NCBI GenBank assembly: GCA_963836205.1
Contig: CAWIIV010000006.1
Span: 1-64,000 of the forward strand
Length of the DNA: 64,000 nucleotides
Origin: an uncultured Acidimicrobiia bacterium
GTDB lineage: Bacteria; Actinomycetota; Acidimicrobiia; Acidimicrobiales; AC-14
Direction of reading: 5' to 3'
A program made the position numbers and the translations under genes. The notes beneath the pieces were generated by a model. It saw nothing but the letters and a program-made list of their open reading frames with translations. It was not told where the DNA came from and searched no databases. Shown piece after piece: positions 9,491 to 20,479 of the stretch (its first letter is position 1; each line of letters starts with the position of its first letter).

Positions 9491-10770
9491 GGTGGTGGTG
9501 GAGGTAGGTCGCCATGAGCGAAGGGGTCGCGTGGCCGTCGTCGTGGCGGGCGAAGCGGCCCCGCAGCTCGAGGGCGTCGCCGGCCGGGTCGACGGTGGAG
9601 TAGTGGAACTCGTGGCCCCGCAGCTCGGTGAGGGCCGGTCCCATGGGGCTGACGACGGTGGTCCGGGCGGTCCGGTAGCCGAGGCGGAGGCGATCGGTCA
9701 TGGTGGCGGCGGCGTCAACCACGCCTGCCATGGGGTGGCCGTCGAGCTCGCGGCACAGCCAGGCCAGGCCCCCGCATTCGGCCCACGTGGGCAGGCCGGC
9801 GACGACCCGGCGGTGGACGTCGGCCAGGAGGGCCTGGTTGTCGGCCAGCTCGGCGGCGTAGGTCTCGGGGAACCCCCCGCCCACCAGCAGTCCGTCGACA
9901 TCGGTCGGCAGGGCCTGGTCACGGAGGGGGTCGAAGGCGACGGCCTCGGCCCCGGCCGCAGCCAGGGCGTCGAGGGTGTCGGTGTAGGTGAACGTGAACG
10001 CCTGCCCGCCGGCGACCGCGACCCGGGTCGGCCGGGCCGCGGCCTCGGGCAACGCGACCGGCCCGCCCCCGGCCAGGGGCGGCGCCGACCGGGCCAGGGC
10101 CACCACCGCGGCCAGGTCCACCCGGTCGGCCACCGCCGCCGCCAGGGCCGCCAGCGAGGCCGCCACCTCGTCCGGACGCTCGGCCACCGGCACCAGACCC
10201 AGGTGGCGGTCGCGCCACACCAGGCGGTCGTCCCGTCCGAAGGGCGCCCAGCACCGGGACGCCGAGCGGCTCCAACGCCTCCCGGAGGAGCACCTCGTGG
10301 CCGTCGGACGCCACCCGGTTGAGCACCACGCCCCCGATGCCGACGGTCGGGTCGAGGGTGGCGAAGCCGTGCACCACCGCCGCCACCGACGACGACTGCG
10401 CCGCGGCGTCGACCACCAGCACCACCGGGGCGTCGAGGACCCGGGCGATGTCGGCTGTCGAGGACGGCGAGCCGTCGGCCGCCCCGTCGAACAGTCCCAT
10501 CACCCCCTCGACCACGAGCAGGTCGGCGCCGGCCGCGGCCCGGGCGGCCAGGGGCCGGATGGCGTCGAGCCCGCAGAGCCAGGCGTCGAGGTTGCGGGGC
10601 GGGCGCCCGCAGGCGAGGGCGTGATAGCCGGGATCGATGAAGTCGGGGCCGACCTTGGCCGCCGCCGGCCGGTGGCCCGCAGCCCGGAGGGCGGCCAGCA
10701 GGCCGGTGGCCACGGTGGTCTTCCCGGCCCCCGAATGGGTGCCGGCCACCACCAGTCGGGGACCGATCAC
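9414..10770 (-). CDS. cbiA: Cobyrinate a,c-diamide synthase (CbiA/CobB), one frameshift near 10235
   Basis: N-half GTHSGAGKTT, KVGPDFIDP, VEGVMGLFDG; C-half GGGFPE, AECGG, RGHEFHYS in a second frame. Confidence 0.9.
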
Positions 10771-10777
10771 GGGTGTA

Positions 10778-10878
10778 GTGTCGCGCCGTCATCCACGGGA
10801 ACCCGGTGCGAGTCCGGGGCGGTCCCGCCACTGTGAGCAGCCCCACGCGGGCTGTGAGTCAGGAACCGCGGCTGGCAC
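10778..10878 (+). ncRNA. Cobalamin riboswitch
   Basis: GGGAAcccGGTGcgAgTCCggggCgGtcCCGCCACTGTGA ... GAGTCAGGA consensus elements upstream of cbtB; the ends can form the closing stem. Confidence 0.9.
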
Positions 10879-10930
10879 GTTGCACCTGTGGACCCGAGCC
10901 CGGGCCCGCTCCACGAGGATGGAGGTAGCC

Positions 10931-11134
10931 ATGAGCACGACGACCGCACCGGCTGAGCAGGTCGCGCTCCCGATCCCCCGTTGGGCCCTGCCCACGCTGA
11001 TGCTCGCCACCGTGCTGTTCTGGCTGGTCACCATGGAGGGCGGCATGGTGTCGCACGCCCTCGGCCAGACCGGGGCGTTCCTCCACGAACTGTTCCACGA
11101 CGGGCGCCATCTGCTCGGCGTGCCCTGCCACTAA
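10931..11134 (+). CDS. cbtB: Cobalt transporter subunit CbtB
   Basis: GGAGG RBS, single TM helix, C-terminal HELFHDGRHLLGVPCH. Confidence 0.9.
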   Translation: MSTTTAPAEQVALPIPRWALPTLMLATVLFWLVTMEGGMVSHALGQTGAFLHELFHDGRHLLGVPCH

Positions 11135-11153
11135 GCCCCCGGCCCGTCCTCCC

Positions 11154-11908
11154 GTGAACGGTCGAATCGACCCGTCGCGCCCGCGTTCGGTCGCGCTCGG
11201 AGCGGCCCTGGTCGGCATCGTCGGCGGTCTCCTGGCCGCCCTCCTCCTCACCTTCGTGGGCGAACCCCGGATCCAGCAGGCGATCAACATCGAGGTCGCC
11301 CAGGCGGGGGCGTCGGAGGCGGGGGAGCCCGAGATCGTGTCCCGGACGGTCCAGAAGGGCGTCGGCCTGTTCGCCGCCTACGCGGTGTCGGGCGCCGCCT
11401 TCGGACTTCTCTTCGCAGTGGTGTTCTGGATGCTGCGGCGGTCGAGGCCCGACCCTTCCGGCGGGCGCTGGTGGCGGGGGCGGTGCTGGCGGGGGCGCTG
11501 ACGGTGGCGCCGTGGCTCAAGTACCCGCCCAACCCGCCGGCGGTCGGCGATCCCGATACGCTGGCCCAGCGTCAACTGCTCTACGTGATGGTGATCGTGC
11601 TGGCGGCCTCGTGGGGGTTGGCGGCGGCGGCGTTGTCCACCGGACTGCGGCGTGTGGGGTGGTCGGAGCCCCGGCGCACCGTCGCGGTGGTGGCGGTGGT
11701 GGTCGTGCCCGTCGCCCTCGCCTTCGCCCTGCTCCCGGGAGCGCCCGACCCGATCACAGTCCCGGCCAAGCTGCTGTGGAGCTTCCGCCTGGCCTCGCTC
11801 GGAGGGAACCTCCTGCTCTGGGCCGTGATCACCCTCGGCTTCGGCCTGCTCGCATCCGAACGCCCGGCCGTGCCCGACGCCGGACCTGTCAGTACTCGAT
11901 CCCTTTGA
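11154..11908 (+). CDS. cbtA: Cobalt transporter subunit CbtA, frameshift near 11460
   Basis: GEPRIQQAI..VSRTVQ in frame 1; KYPPNPPAVGDPDT and LLWSFRLASLG in frame 2; follows cbtB. Confidence 0.85.
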
Positions 11909-12413
11909 GCGCCCCGATACCGGCGTCGTAGGCGTGCTTCACCTTGCGCATCTCGGTGACCGTGTCGGCCACGTCGACGATCTCCTGGGGGGCGTCGCGG
12001 CCGGTGACCACCACGCTGGTCCGGGGCGCCCGCTGCGCGATGGCGGTGGCGACCTCCTCCGCCGGCACCCAGCCGTACTTCACCACGTAGGTGAGCTCGT
12101 CGAGGATGAGCAGGTCGTAGTCGCCGCCGGCCAGCTTGGCCGCCGCCTGCCGCCACGCCTCCCGGCCCAGCTCGGCGGTGCGCTCGAGGTCGGTCGACTC
12201 CCAGGTGAACCCGTCGCCCAGGGTGTGCCACTCGATGGCGAGGTGGTCGGCCAGCTTGCGCTCGCCCGTCTTCCACTTCCCGCCCTTGACGAACTGCACC
12301 ACGGCCACGTTCCACCCCCGGGCCCACCCCCTGGCCATCACGCCGAAGGCGGCCGACGACTTGCCCTTGCCGTGGCCGGTGTTGACGAGGACGATCGACT
12401 TGGCTCGGGTCAC
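11889..12413 (-). CDS. cobO: Cob(I)yrinic acid a,c-diamide adenosyltransferase (CobO/BtuR)
   Basis: NTGHGKGKSSAAFG, VVQFVKG, LILDE, TGRDAP, ADTVTEM, GIEY. Confidence 0.95.
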   Translation of the reverse strand: MTRAKSIVLVNTGHGKGKSSAAFGVMARGWARGWNVAVVQFVKGGKWKTGERKLADHLAIEWHTLGDGFTWESTDLERTAELGREAWRQAAAKLAGGDYDLLILDELTYVVKYGWVPAEEVATAIAQRAPRTSVVVTGRDAPQEIVDVADTVTEMRKVKHAYDAGIGALKGIEY

Positions 12414-12433
12414 GGGGCCGACTGTACGACCGG

Positions 12434-14630
12434 GTGGTGCTCGTGAGGGGCGGGCTGGTCGTCTGTGGCGCGACCAGCGAGGCAGGCAAGTCGTGGGTCG
12501 TCACCGGGCTGTGCCGGCTGCTGGCCCGCCGGGGGGTACGGGTGGCGCCGTTCAAGGGGCAGAACATGGCCCTCAACGCCGCGGTCGTGGCCGGGGGCGG
12601 CGGCGAGATCGGCCACGCCCAGTGGGTGCAGGCGCGGGCCGCGGGGGCTCCGGCCGAGGTGGCCATGAACCCGGTGCTGCTCAAGCCCACCGGCGAGCGG
12701 ACGAGCCAGGTTGTCGTGATGGGGCAGGCGGTAGGCGAGCAGTCGGCGGCCGAGTACCACGCGGGGAAGCCGGCACTGCGGCCGGTGGTGCTGGCGGCGC
12801 TGGCCGACCTGCGTCTTCGCTACGACGTGGTGGTGTGCGAGGGGGCGGGCGGGGCGGCCGAGATCAACCTCCTGGCCGGCGACTTCGCCAACGTGCCCCT
12901 GGCCGCGGCGGCAGGGTTGCCGGCGATCGTGGTGGGCGACATCGAGCGGGGCGGGGTCTTCGCCTCGATGTACGGGACGTGGGCGCTGCTGCCCGACGAC
13001 CTCCAGGCCTGCGTGCGGGGCTTCGTGATCAACCGCTTCCGGGGCGATCCGGCGCTCCTCGGGGACGCCTGCGGGGAGTTGGAGCGGCGGACGGGCGTGC
13101 CGGTGCTGGGCGTGGTCCCGAAGGTGGAGGGCACCGACATCGACGCCGAGGACTCCCTGGCCCTCGACGGGTGGGACACGGACGGCGCCGTGCTCGACGT
13201 GGCCGTGGTCCGGTTCCCCCGGATCGCCAACTTCGGCGACCTCGACCCCCTGCGGCTGGAGCCGGGCGTGGCCGTGCGGTGGGTGCGGTCGGCGCGATCC
13301 CTGGGCCGGCCCGACCTGGTCGTGCTCCCCGGTTCGAAGAACACCCGCGGCGACCTGGACTGGTTCCGGACGTCGGGCCTGGCCGCCGCGGTCGAGGGGT
13401 GCGGCGCGGCGGTGGTGGCCGTCTGCGCGGGGGCCCAGATGGTCGGCGCGTCGATCTCCGATCCCCTTGGCGCCGAGGGCCCGCCCGGGTCGGTCGACGG
13501 CCTCGGCTGGCTTCCCCTGCGGACGGTCTTCGACCGCGACAAGGTCCTCGACCGCCCGGCCGGGACCGCCGACGGCGAGCGGGTGGACGGCTACCGCATC
13601 CACCACGGCCGGATCGAGGCGATCGGCGATGTCGAGCCGTGGATCGTGGACGACGACGGGTCCGTCCTCGGCTGGCGGGCGGGCCGGTTCCGGGCCACCA
13701 CCCTCCACGGCCTGTTCGAGGCCGACGGCTTCCGGTCGGCGGTGCTCCGGTGGGCGTCTCCCGGGTGGGTCCCGTCGGGGCTCAACTTCGCCGCCGCCCG
13801 CACTCGCCCGCTTCGACCGCATCGCCGACGCCCTGGAGTCGTCCCTCGACCTCGACCGGCTCTTCGACCTCATCGGTTCAGAGAGTGGCCCCAGGGGGGC
13901 GGTCGAGCGGCCTCTACCTGAAGCTTTTGGAGCAAAAGCGACATCTGGTGTCGCTTTTGCTCCAGAAGCGGCCCTTGGTGCGGTCACCGGCCTCGTCCCC
14001 CACCTCCGATGGCGCATCGGGACGCCGGGCGACGGCGACCTGGTCGGCGCCGAGCTGGCCGCCGACCCGGATCGGCTGGCCGCGGAGGTCGCGGCGTCGG
14101 CGGCCGGGCGAGGGAGCGAAGACGCCCAGGTCCTGGCGTCCCTCTGGTGGCAGGCCTACGCCTACCGGGTGGCGGGGACGACCCTGGCCTCGTGGGTCGT
14201 GGCGGGGGCCGCCCCCGACCCGTCGGCGCCCGGCACCGGCGTCGGACTGGCCCGCAGCCGGCCGTCGTCCCTCCTCGTCGACCCCGAGGCCGAGCTCGTC
14301 CACGACCTCGACGACCTGGTCAAACGGCTCTTCGCCGGCCACCTCGACCCGATGATGGCCGCCCTCCGGGCCCGCCACGCCACCGGCCTCCGCCTCCTCC
14401 ACGGCAACCTGGCCGCGGGCGTGGCCTCGGCCCTGGGCGCCGTCGGCACCGCCGAGGGCGCGCCCCCGCTCCAGGCCCGGCGGGACGCGGCCACCGCCGC
14501 CATCGCCCATCCCGACGAGCCCGACGTCGGCGCCTGGAGCGGCTGGGACTACCGCCGCACCACCTGCTGCCTGTGGTGGAAGACGTCGGCCGCCGACGGC
14601 TCGTTGTGCGAGGACTGCTCCCTCCGGTGA
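12434..14630 (+). CDS. cobQ: Cobyric acid synthase (CobQ/CbiP), apparently fused to a C-terminal FhuF-like 2Fe-2S domain; 1-nt frameshift near 13802
   Basis: GATSEAGKS, PFKGQNMALN, MNPVLLKP, EGAG, LPGSK. The normal CobQ tail (RFDRIADALESSLDLDRL) lies in the frame that runs on to RRTTCCLWWK...CEDCSL. Confidence 0.8.
13923..13969. repeat. AT-rich 21-bp inverted repeat (5-nt loop) inside the CobQ/FhuF linker
   Basis: GCTTTTGGAGCAAAAGCGACA-TCTGG-TGTCGCTTTTGCTCCAGAAGC, one mismatch (a G-U pair in RNA). Confidence 0.9.
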
Positions 14631-14640
14631 TCCCAACCTC

Positions 14641-17600
14641 GTGATCGTCGTCATCGCCAACAACGACCTCGACCTCCTCGCCCTGCGGGCGGCGGTGGAG
14701 GACCTCCCTGACGGGTTCCCGCCGGTGCGGGCCCACGGCGGCGTCGGCCTCACCCCCGACACGCCCGTCCCCGACCTCGACCGCGCCAGGGCCGTCCTCG
14801 TCCGGCTGCTCAAGGGCCGGGCCGCGTGGGAACAGCCCCTCGACGAGCTCCGGCAACGGTGCCTGGCCACCGGCATCGCCCTCCTCGTCTTCGGCGGCGA
14901 GGCGACGGTCGACGCCGAGCTCACCGCCCTCTCCACCGTCCCCGCCGGCATCGTGACCGAGGCCTTCGCCTACCTGGCCCGAGGGGGTCCGGGCAACCTG
15001 GCCAACCTCCTCCGGTTCGTGGCCGACACCGTCCTCCTGGAGGGCTTCGGCTTCGAGCCGCCGGCCGACATGCCGATGTCGGGACGCCTCCACCATCGGG
15101 AGGAGGACCCCGACCGGCCCACCATCGCCGTCGTCACCTACCGGGCCAACGTCCTCGCCGGCAACACCCTGCCCGTCGAGCAGCTGTGCGACGCCATCGA
15201 GCGGCGAGGGCGCCAACGCCCGCCCGGTCTACGCCTACTCCCTGCGCAACGACCCCGCCGCCATCGACCTGCTGCGGGGGGCCGACGTGGTCGTCACCAC
15301 CACGTGGGCCGCCGGCGGCTCCATCCCCACGGCCGACGAGGCGTGGTCGTCGCCCCTCGACGTGCTCGACGTCCCCGTCCTCCAGGCGGTCGCCTCCACC
15401 ACCGACACCGCCACGTGGGCCGACAGCTCAGGCGGCCTGTCCCCCCTCGACGTGGCCCTGGGCGTGGCCATCCCCGAGTTCGACGGGCGCATCATCGGCC
15501 CCCCGCTCTCGTTCAAGGAGGTCGTCGACGACGGCGACCAGTTGGGCGTGGCCCTGGCGGCCCACCGGGCCGTGCCCGACCGGGTCGAGCGCATCGCCGG
15601 CATCGCCACCCGCCTGGCCCGCCTCCGCCACCTCGACAACGCCGACAAGCGGGTCGGCATCGTCCTCACCGCCTACCCCACCAAGCGCAGCCGCATCGGC
15701 AACGCCGTCGCCCTCGACACCCCGGCCAGCCTGCTCCGGGTCCTGGAGGCCTTGGCGACGGCCGGCTACAAGGTCCACGAGGTGCCCGACGACTCCGACG
15801 CCTTCATGGCCCGCCTGGCCGACGGCCTCACCTACGACCGCCCGTCGCTGTCGGCCGAGCAGTTGCGACTGAGCGTGGGCCGCCTGCCGATGAACGAGTA
15901 TTGCGAGTGGTTCGCGACCCTTCCCGCCGCCCTCCGCACCCAGATCGAATCCTCATGGGGACCGGCCCCGGGCACGGTGTGCGTCCACGGCCACGACCTC
16001 GTCTTCGCCGGCCTCGACCTGGGCCACGTGGTGGTGGCCGTCCAGCCGCCCCGCGGCTTCGGCGAGGACCCCATCGGCACCTACCACGCCCCCGACCTCC
16101 CCCCTCCCCACCACTACCTCGCCTTCTACCGGTGGCTTGCCCTGGAGAACAGCAGAGGCGGCTTCGGCGCCGACGCCCTCGTCCACATGGGCAAGCACGG
16201 CACCCTCGAGTGGTTGCCGGGCAAGGGCGTGGGCCCGTCGGCGGCGTGCATCCCCGACGCCTGCCTCGGCGACCTGCCCCTCCTCTACCCGTTCGTGGTC
16301 AACGACCCGGGGGAGGGGACCCAGGCCAAACGGCGGACCCACGCCGTCGTCATCGACCACCTGCCTCCTCCCATGACCAGGGCCGAGACCTACGACGAGC
16401 TGGCCCGGGTGGAGCGGCTGCTCGACGAGCACGCCAAGATCGAGTCGCTCGACCCGTCCAAGCTGCCCGCCATCCGGGGCCAGCTGTGGGACCTGCTGGT
16501 CACCTCGGAGCTGGCCCGCGACCTGGGCGTGGCCGAGATGCCCGACCCCGACGACTTCGCGGGCATGATCAACCACGTCGACGGCTACCTGTGCTCGCTC
16601 AAGGACGCCCAGATCCGGGGCGGCCTGCATGTGCTCGGCTCGCCGCCGGTGGACGAAGCGCTGGTCGACACCATCCTCGCCATCACCCGCCAGCCTCAGG
16701 GGACGGTGCCCTCGTTGCGGGCGACGGTGGCCGCCGAGCTCGGCCTCGACCTCGACCGCGACGTCGACCGGCTGGAGGACGAATGCCGGCGCCGGCTGGA
16801 GAGCGGCGACACCGCCGGCGACCCGACCCTCGAGTGGGTCGCGTCGACGCTGGTCCCCGCCCTGGCCCGGACGCCCGATGAGCTCGGCAACCTTCTGTCC
16901 GGCCTCGACGGCCGCCATGTGCCGGCCGGACCCAGTGGCGCCCCGACCAGGGGGGCGCGCACGTCCTTCCCACCGGGCGCAACTTCTATTCCGTCGATCC
17001 CAAAGCCATCCCGTCCGCCCTCGCCTGGGACGTGGGCCGGGCACTGGCCGAACGCCTGATCGAGCGGCACGTGGCCGAGACGGGGTCGTGTCCCCGCGTC
17101 GTGGGACTGGTCGTGTGGGGCACGGCCAACATGCGCACCCAGGGCGACGACGTGGCCGAGGCCCTCGCCCTCCTCGGCGTGCGCCCGGTGTGGCACCCCC
17201 ACTCGGGACGGGTCGAGGGGCTGGAGGTGATGGCGCTGGCCGAGCTGGGCCGGCCCCGGGTCGACGTCACCATCCGCATCTCCGGCTTCTTCCGGGACGC
17301 CTTCCCCGGCGTGGTCGCCCTCCTCGACGACGCCGTCGGGCTGGTCGCAGCCCTGGCCGACGAGTCCGCCCTCGACAACCCGGTGGCCGCGGCCGGTGTG
17401 GACGACGCCCGGGTCTTCGGGCCGGGCCCGGGCGCGTACGGGTCGGGCATCTGGCAGGCGATCGAGACGCGGTCGTGGCGCACCCGGTCCGACCTGGCCG
17501 ACGTCTACCTGGCGTGGAGCGGCTACGCCTACCGGCGGGCGGAGTTCGGCGTGGCCGCCCCCGAACAGGTCCGCCGCCGGTTCGCGGCCATCGACGTCGC

Positions 17601-18126
17601 GGTCAAGAACCAGGACAACCGCGAGCACGACATCTTCGACGGCGACGACTACTTCCAGGACCACGGGGGGATGATCGCGACCGCGGCCGAGCTGTCGGGC
17701 CGGGAGCCGCGGGCGTGGTTCGGCGACTCGGCCGACCCGTCCCGGCCGGTGGTGCGCTCGCTGGCCGAGGAGGCGGCCCGGGTCGTGCGCACGAGGGTGC
17801 TCAACCCCAAGTGGCTGGCCGCCATGCGCCGCCACGGGTACAAGGGGGCGTTCGAGGTGGCCGCCACCGTCGACTACCTCTTCGGCTACGACGCCACCGC
17901 CGGCGTGGTCGAGGATTGGATGTACGAGCGGGTCACCCAGGCCTACGTCGCCGACCCGGTGATGCGGGAGTTCTACGAGAAGTCCAACCCGTGGGCGCTG
18001 CGCAGCATCTGCGAACGCCTGCTGGAAGCCGACGAGCGAGACCTTTGGTCGGCGTCCGAGTCCGCCCGGGACACGTTGCGCGCCGGCCTGCTCGCCGCCG
18101 AAGGCCTCGAGGAGCGTCGCACATGA
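14641..18126 (+). CDS. cobN: Cobaltochelatase subunit CobN, frameshifts near 15210 and 16955
   Basis: [74 protein letters not shown] across three frames. Confidence 0.92.
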
Positions 18127-20000
18127 CCGCCCCGCACCAGCCTCGGCGAACCGGTGACGGATCCGGGGGCCAGGACCCCGAAAAACGTCACCAGTTCGCA
18201 GGCGCCGTCCCAACTGGTGACGGATCCGGGGGCCAGGACCCCGAAAAACGTCACCGGTTCCCGCTGGCGGCGGTGGTCGGGGCGGAGGAGGCCAAGCTGG
18301 CCCTGGTCCTGGCCGCGGCCGACCGGAACATCGGAGGCGTGCTCCTCCGGGGCCACAAGGGGTCGGCCAAGTCGACGTTGGCCCGGGGACTGGCCGCGCT
18401 CCTCGACGGGGGTCCGTTCGTCGAGCTGCCCCTCGGCGCCACCGAGGAGCGGGTGGTGGGCTCGCTCGACCTGGCTGCCGCGCTCACCGGCGGCGAGGTC
18501 CGGTTCCGTCCCGGACTGCTGGCCGCGGCCGACGGCGGCGTCCTCTACGTGGACGAGGTCAACCTGCTGGCCGACCACCTGGTCGACGCCCTCCTCGACG
18601 CGGCTGCGTCCGGCGTCAACCGGGTGGAGCGGGACGGCGTGTCCCACAGCCACCCGGCCAGGTTCCTCCTGGTGGGCTCCATGAACCCGGAGGAGGGCGA
18701 CCTCCGCCCCCAGCTCCTCGACCGTTTCGGCCTGGCGGTCGACGTGCGCAACCCGACCGATCCCGCCACCAGGGCCGAGGTCGTCCGCCGCCGCCAGGCC
18801 TTCGACACCGACCCGGCCGCCTTCGTCGACTCGTGGACGAAGGCCGAGGACGAGCTGCTCAACCGGCTGGCCGCCACCCGCCCCGCCACCGTCGACGACG
18901 ACCTGCTGGAGGCGACATGCGCCACGTGCGTGGCCGCGGGAGCGGAGAGCATGCGGGCCGACATCGTCCTGGCCCGGGCGGCGGCCGCCCACGCCGGATG
19001 GCACGGTCGCCCCACCACCTCCGCCGACGACGTCCGGGCCGTCGCCCACCTCGTCCTGTCCCACCGCCAGCGGCGCCAGCCCCTCGACGACCCCGCGGCG
19101 GCCGCGTCCGCCGTCGACGACGCCCTCGACGACGCCCTCGGCCCGCCGCCGGCCCCCGACGAGCACGACCAGGTCGCCGCCCCCGACGCGCCGGCGCCGG
19201 TCGTGGCCATCGCCGCCCCCAACGCGGAGCACGCCGGGCGGATGGGCCGCCGTTCCCCCGTCGGCGGGACAGAGCGGGGCCGCACCGTGGGTAGCCGGAC
19301 ACCGGCGGGAGCGGTCGGCGCGGTGGCGGTGGTTCCGACGATCCAGGCCGCCGCCGTCCGCCGGGCCGCCACGGAGACCGACGTCGCCGCCACCATGCCG
19401 GCCGTGCTGGCCGCCGACCTGCGGGAGCCGGTCAAGGACGCCCTCACCGGCAACCTCCTCGTCCTGGCCGTCGACGCCTCGGGCTCCATGGGCACCGACG
19501 ACCGCATGGCGGCGGTGAAGGGCGCCCTCCTGGGCCTGCTCGTCGACGCCTACCAGCGCCGCGATCGGGTGGCCCTGGTCACCTTCGGCGGCCAGGGCGC
19601 CGAGGTCGTGCTCCGGCCGACGGGGAGCGTGGAGGTGGCCCGCACCCGGCTCGAGTCCCTCGCCACCGGCGGCGAGACCCCCCTGGCCGAGGGCATCCGG
19701 GCGGCAACCGTCCTCGCCCACCGCTCGGCCACACCCAACCTCCGACCGCTCCTCGTCGTCGTCACCGACGGCCGGGCCACCAGCGGCGCGGGCGCCCACC
19801 CCGACCCCGTCACCGCAGCCCTGGCCGAAGCCGCCGTCGTCGCCCGCCACCGGCTGCCGGCCGTCGTGATCGACGTCGAGCCCCCCACCGGCCCCCGCCT
19901 GGGCCTGGCCGTCGACCTGGCCACAGCCATGGCCGCCCGCCACATCACCCTCCCCGAGCTCACCGCCGGCCGCCTGGAGTCGGCCCTGCGCAGTCTGTAG
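18123..20000 (+). CDS. Chelatase AAA+/VWA subunit (ChlI-ChlD-like), the usual actinobacterial partner of CobN
   Basis: [35 protein letters not shown]; VWA DASGSM, GGETPL, VTDG. Confidence 0.9.
   Translation: MTAPHQPRRTGDGSGGQDPEKRHQFAGAVPTGDGSGGQDPEKRHRFPLAAVVGAEEAKLALVLAAADRNIGGVLLRGHKGSAKSTLARGLAALLDGGPFVELPLGATEERVVGSLDLAAALTGGEVRFRPGLLAAADGGVLYVDEVNLLADHLVDALLDAAASGVNRVERDGVSHSHPARFLLVGSMNPEEGDLRPQLLDRFGLAVDVRNPTDPATRAEVVRRRQAFDTDPAAFVDSWTKAEDELLNRLAATRPATVDDDLLEATCATCVAAGAESMRADIVLARAAAAHAGWHGRPTTSADDVRAVAHLVLSHRQRRQPLDDPAAAASAVDDALDDALGPPPAPDEHDQVAAPDAPAPVVAIAAPNAEHAGRMGRRSPVGGTERGRTVGSRTPAGAVGAVAVVPTIQAAAVRRAATETDVAATMPAVLAADLREPVKDALTGNLLVLAVDASGSMGTDDRMAAVKGALLGLLVDAYQRRDRVALVTFGGQGAEVVLRPTGSVEVARTRLESLATGGETPLAEGIRAATVLAHRSATPNLRPLLVVVTDGRATSGAGAHPDPVTAALAEAAVVARHRLPAVVIDVEPPTGPRLGLAVDLATAMAARHITLPELTAGRLESALRSL
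18149..18259. repeat. Two tandem copies (18149-18196, 18212-18259) of a 48-bp palindromic element, 63-bp period, inside the CDS 5' end
   Basis: AAC(C/T)GGTGACGGATCCGGGGGCCAGGACCCCGAAAAACGTCACC(A/G)GTT twice; translated as [14 protein letters not shown] twice. Confidence 0.9.
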
Positions 20001-20479
20001 AGCGGAAGAGGAGAACGAGGAGACCGCGATCTCGCTCGGTGCCGACCGGGGGCGGGCCGGCGACGACCGTCGATTTCGCCCGCCCACGCGACGAAGCCGC
20101 GACCCGGATGGCGTAGCGCCTCGTCGACTCGGCGAGCTTGGCCGATTGAGATGCCGGTCGAGTCGTGGGCCGACCGGACTCCCGCTCCCTTAGGCCGGAA
20201 GTCCGAGGAGCGGAGGAATGCGAGCAACTGGGGGGCGATGCCGTTGATGGCGCCGTCGATGATGCCGACGATGGAGACCACGAGGCCACCGGGAATGTTG
20301 GGCATTTGGGAAATCACGTCCCTTCCGGGGGAGCGCCGACGAGAGTTCGTGGCGGCCCGCCCGAACTACCTACCCGTCAGCCGGAGAGTCGCAAATAACT
20401 TCTAGAATTCCAGTTCGCCGACGGGGGACGCGGCCAACTCTCTGGGCGGGATGTCACCGCCGCCCCACAGTCCCGTGGG

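Noticed and set aside
18149-18259. Possible mini-CRISPR (repeat-spacer-repeat)
   Set aside because: Only two 48-bp units with a 15-bp gap, located in a coding frame, and related copies are dispersed singly. This fits a REP-like element better.
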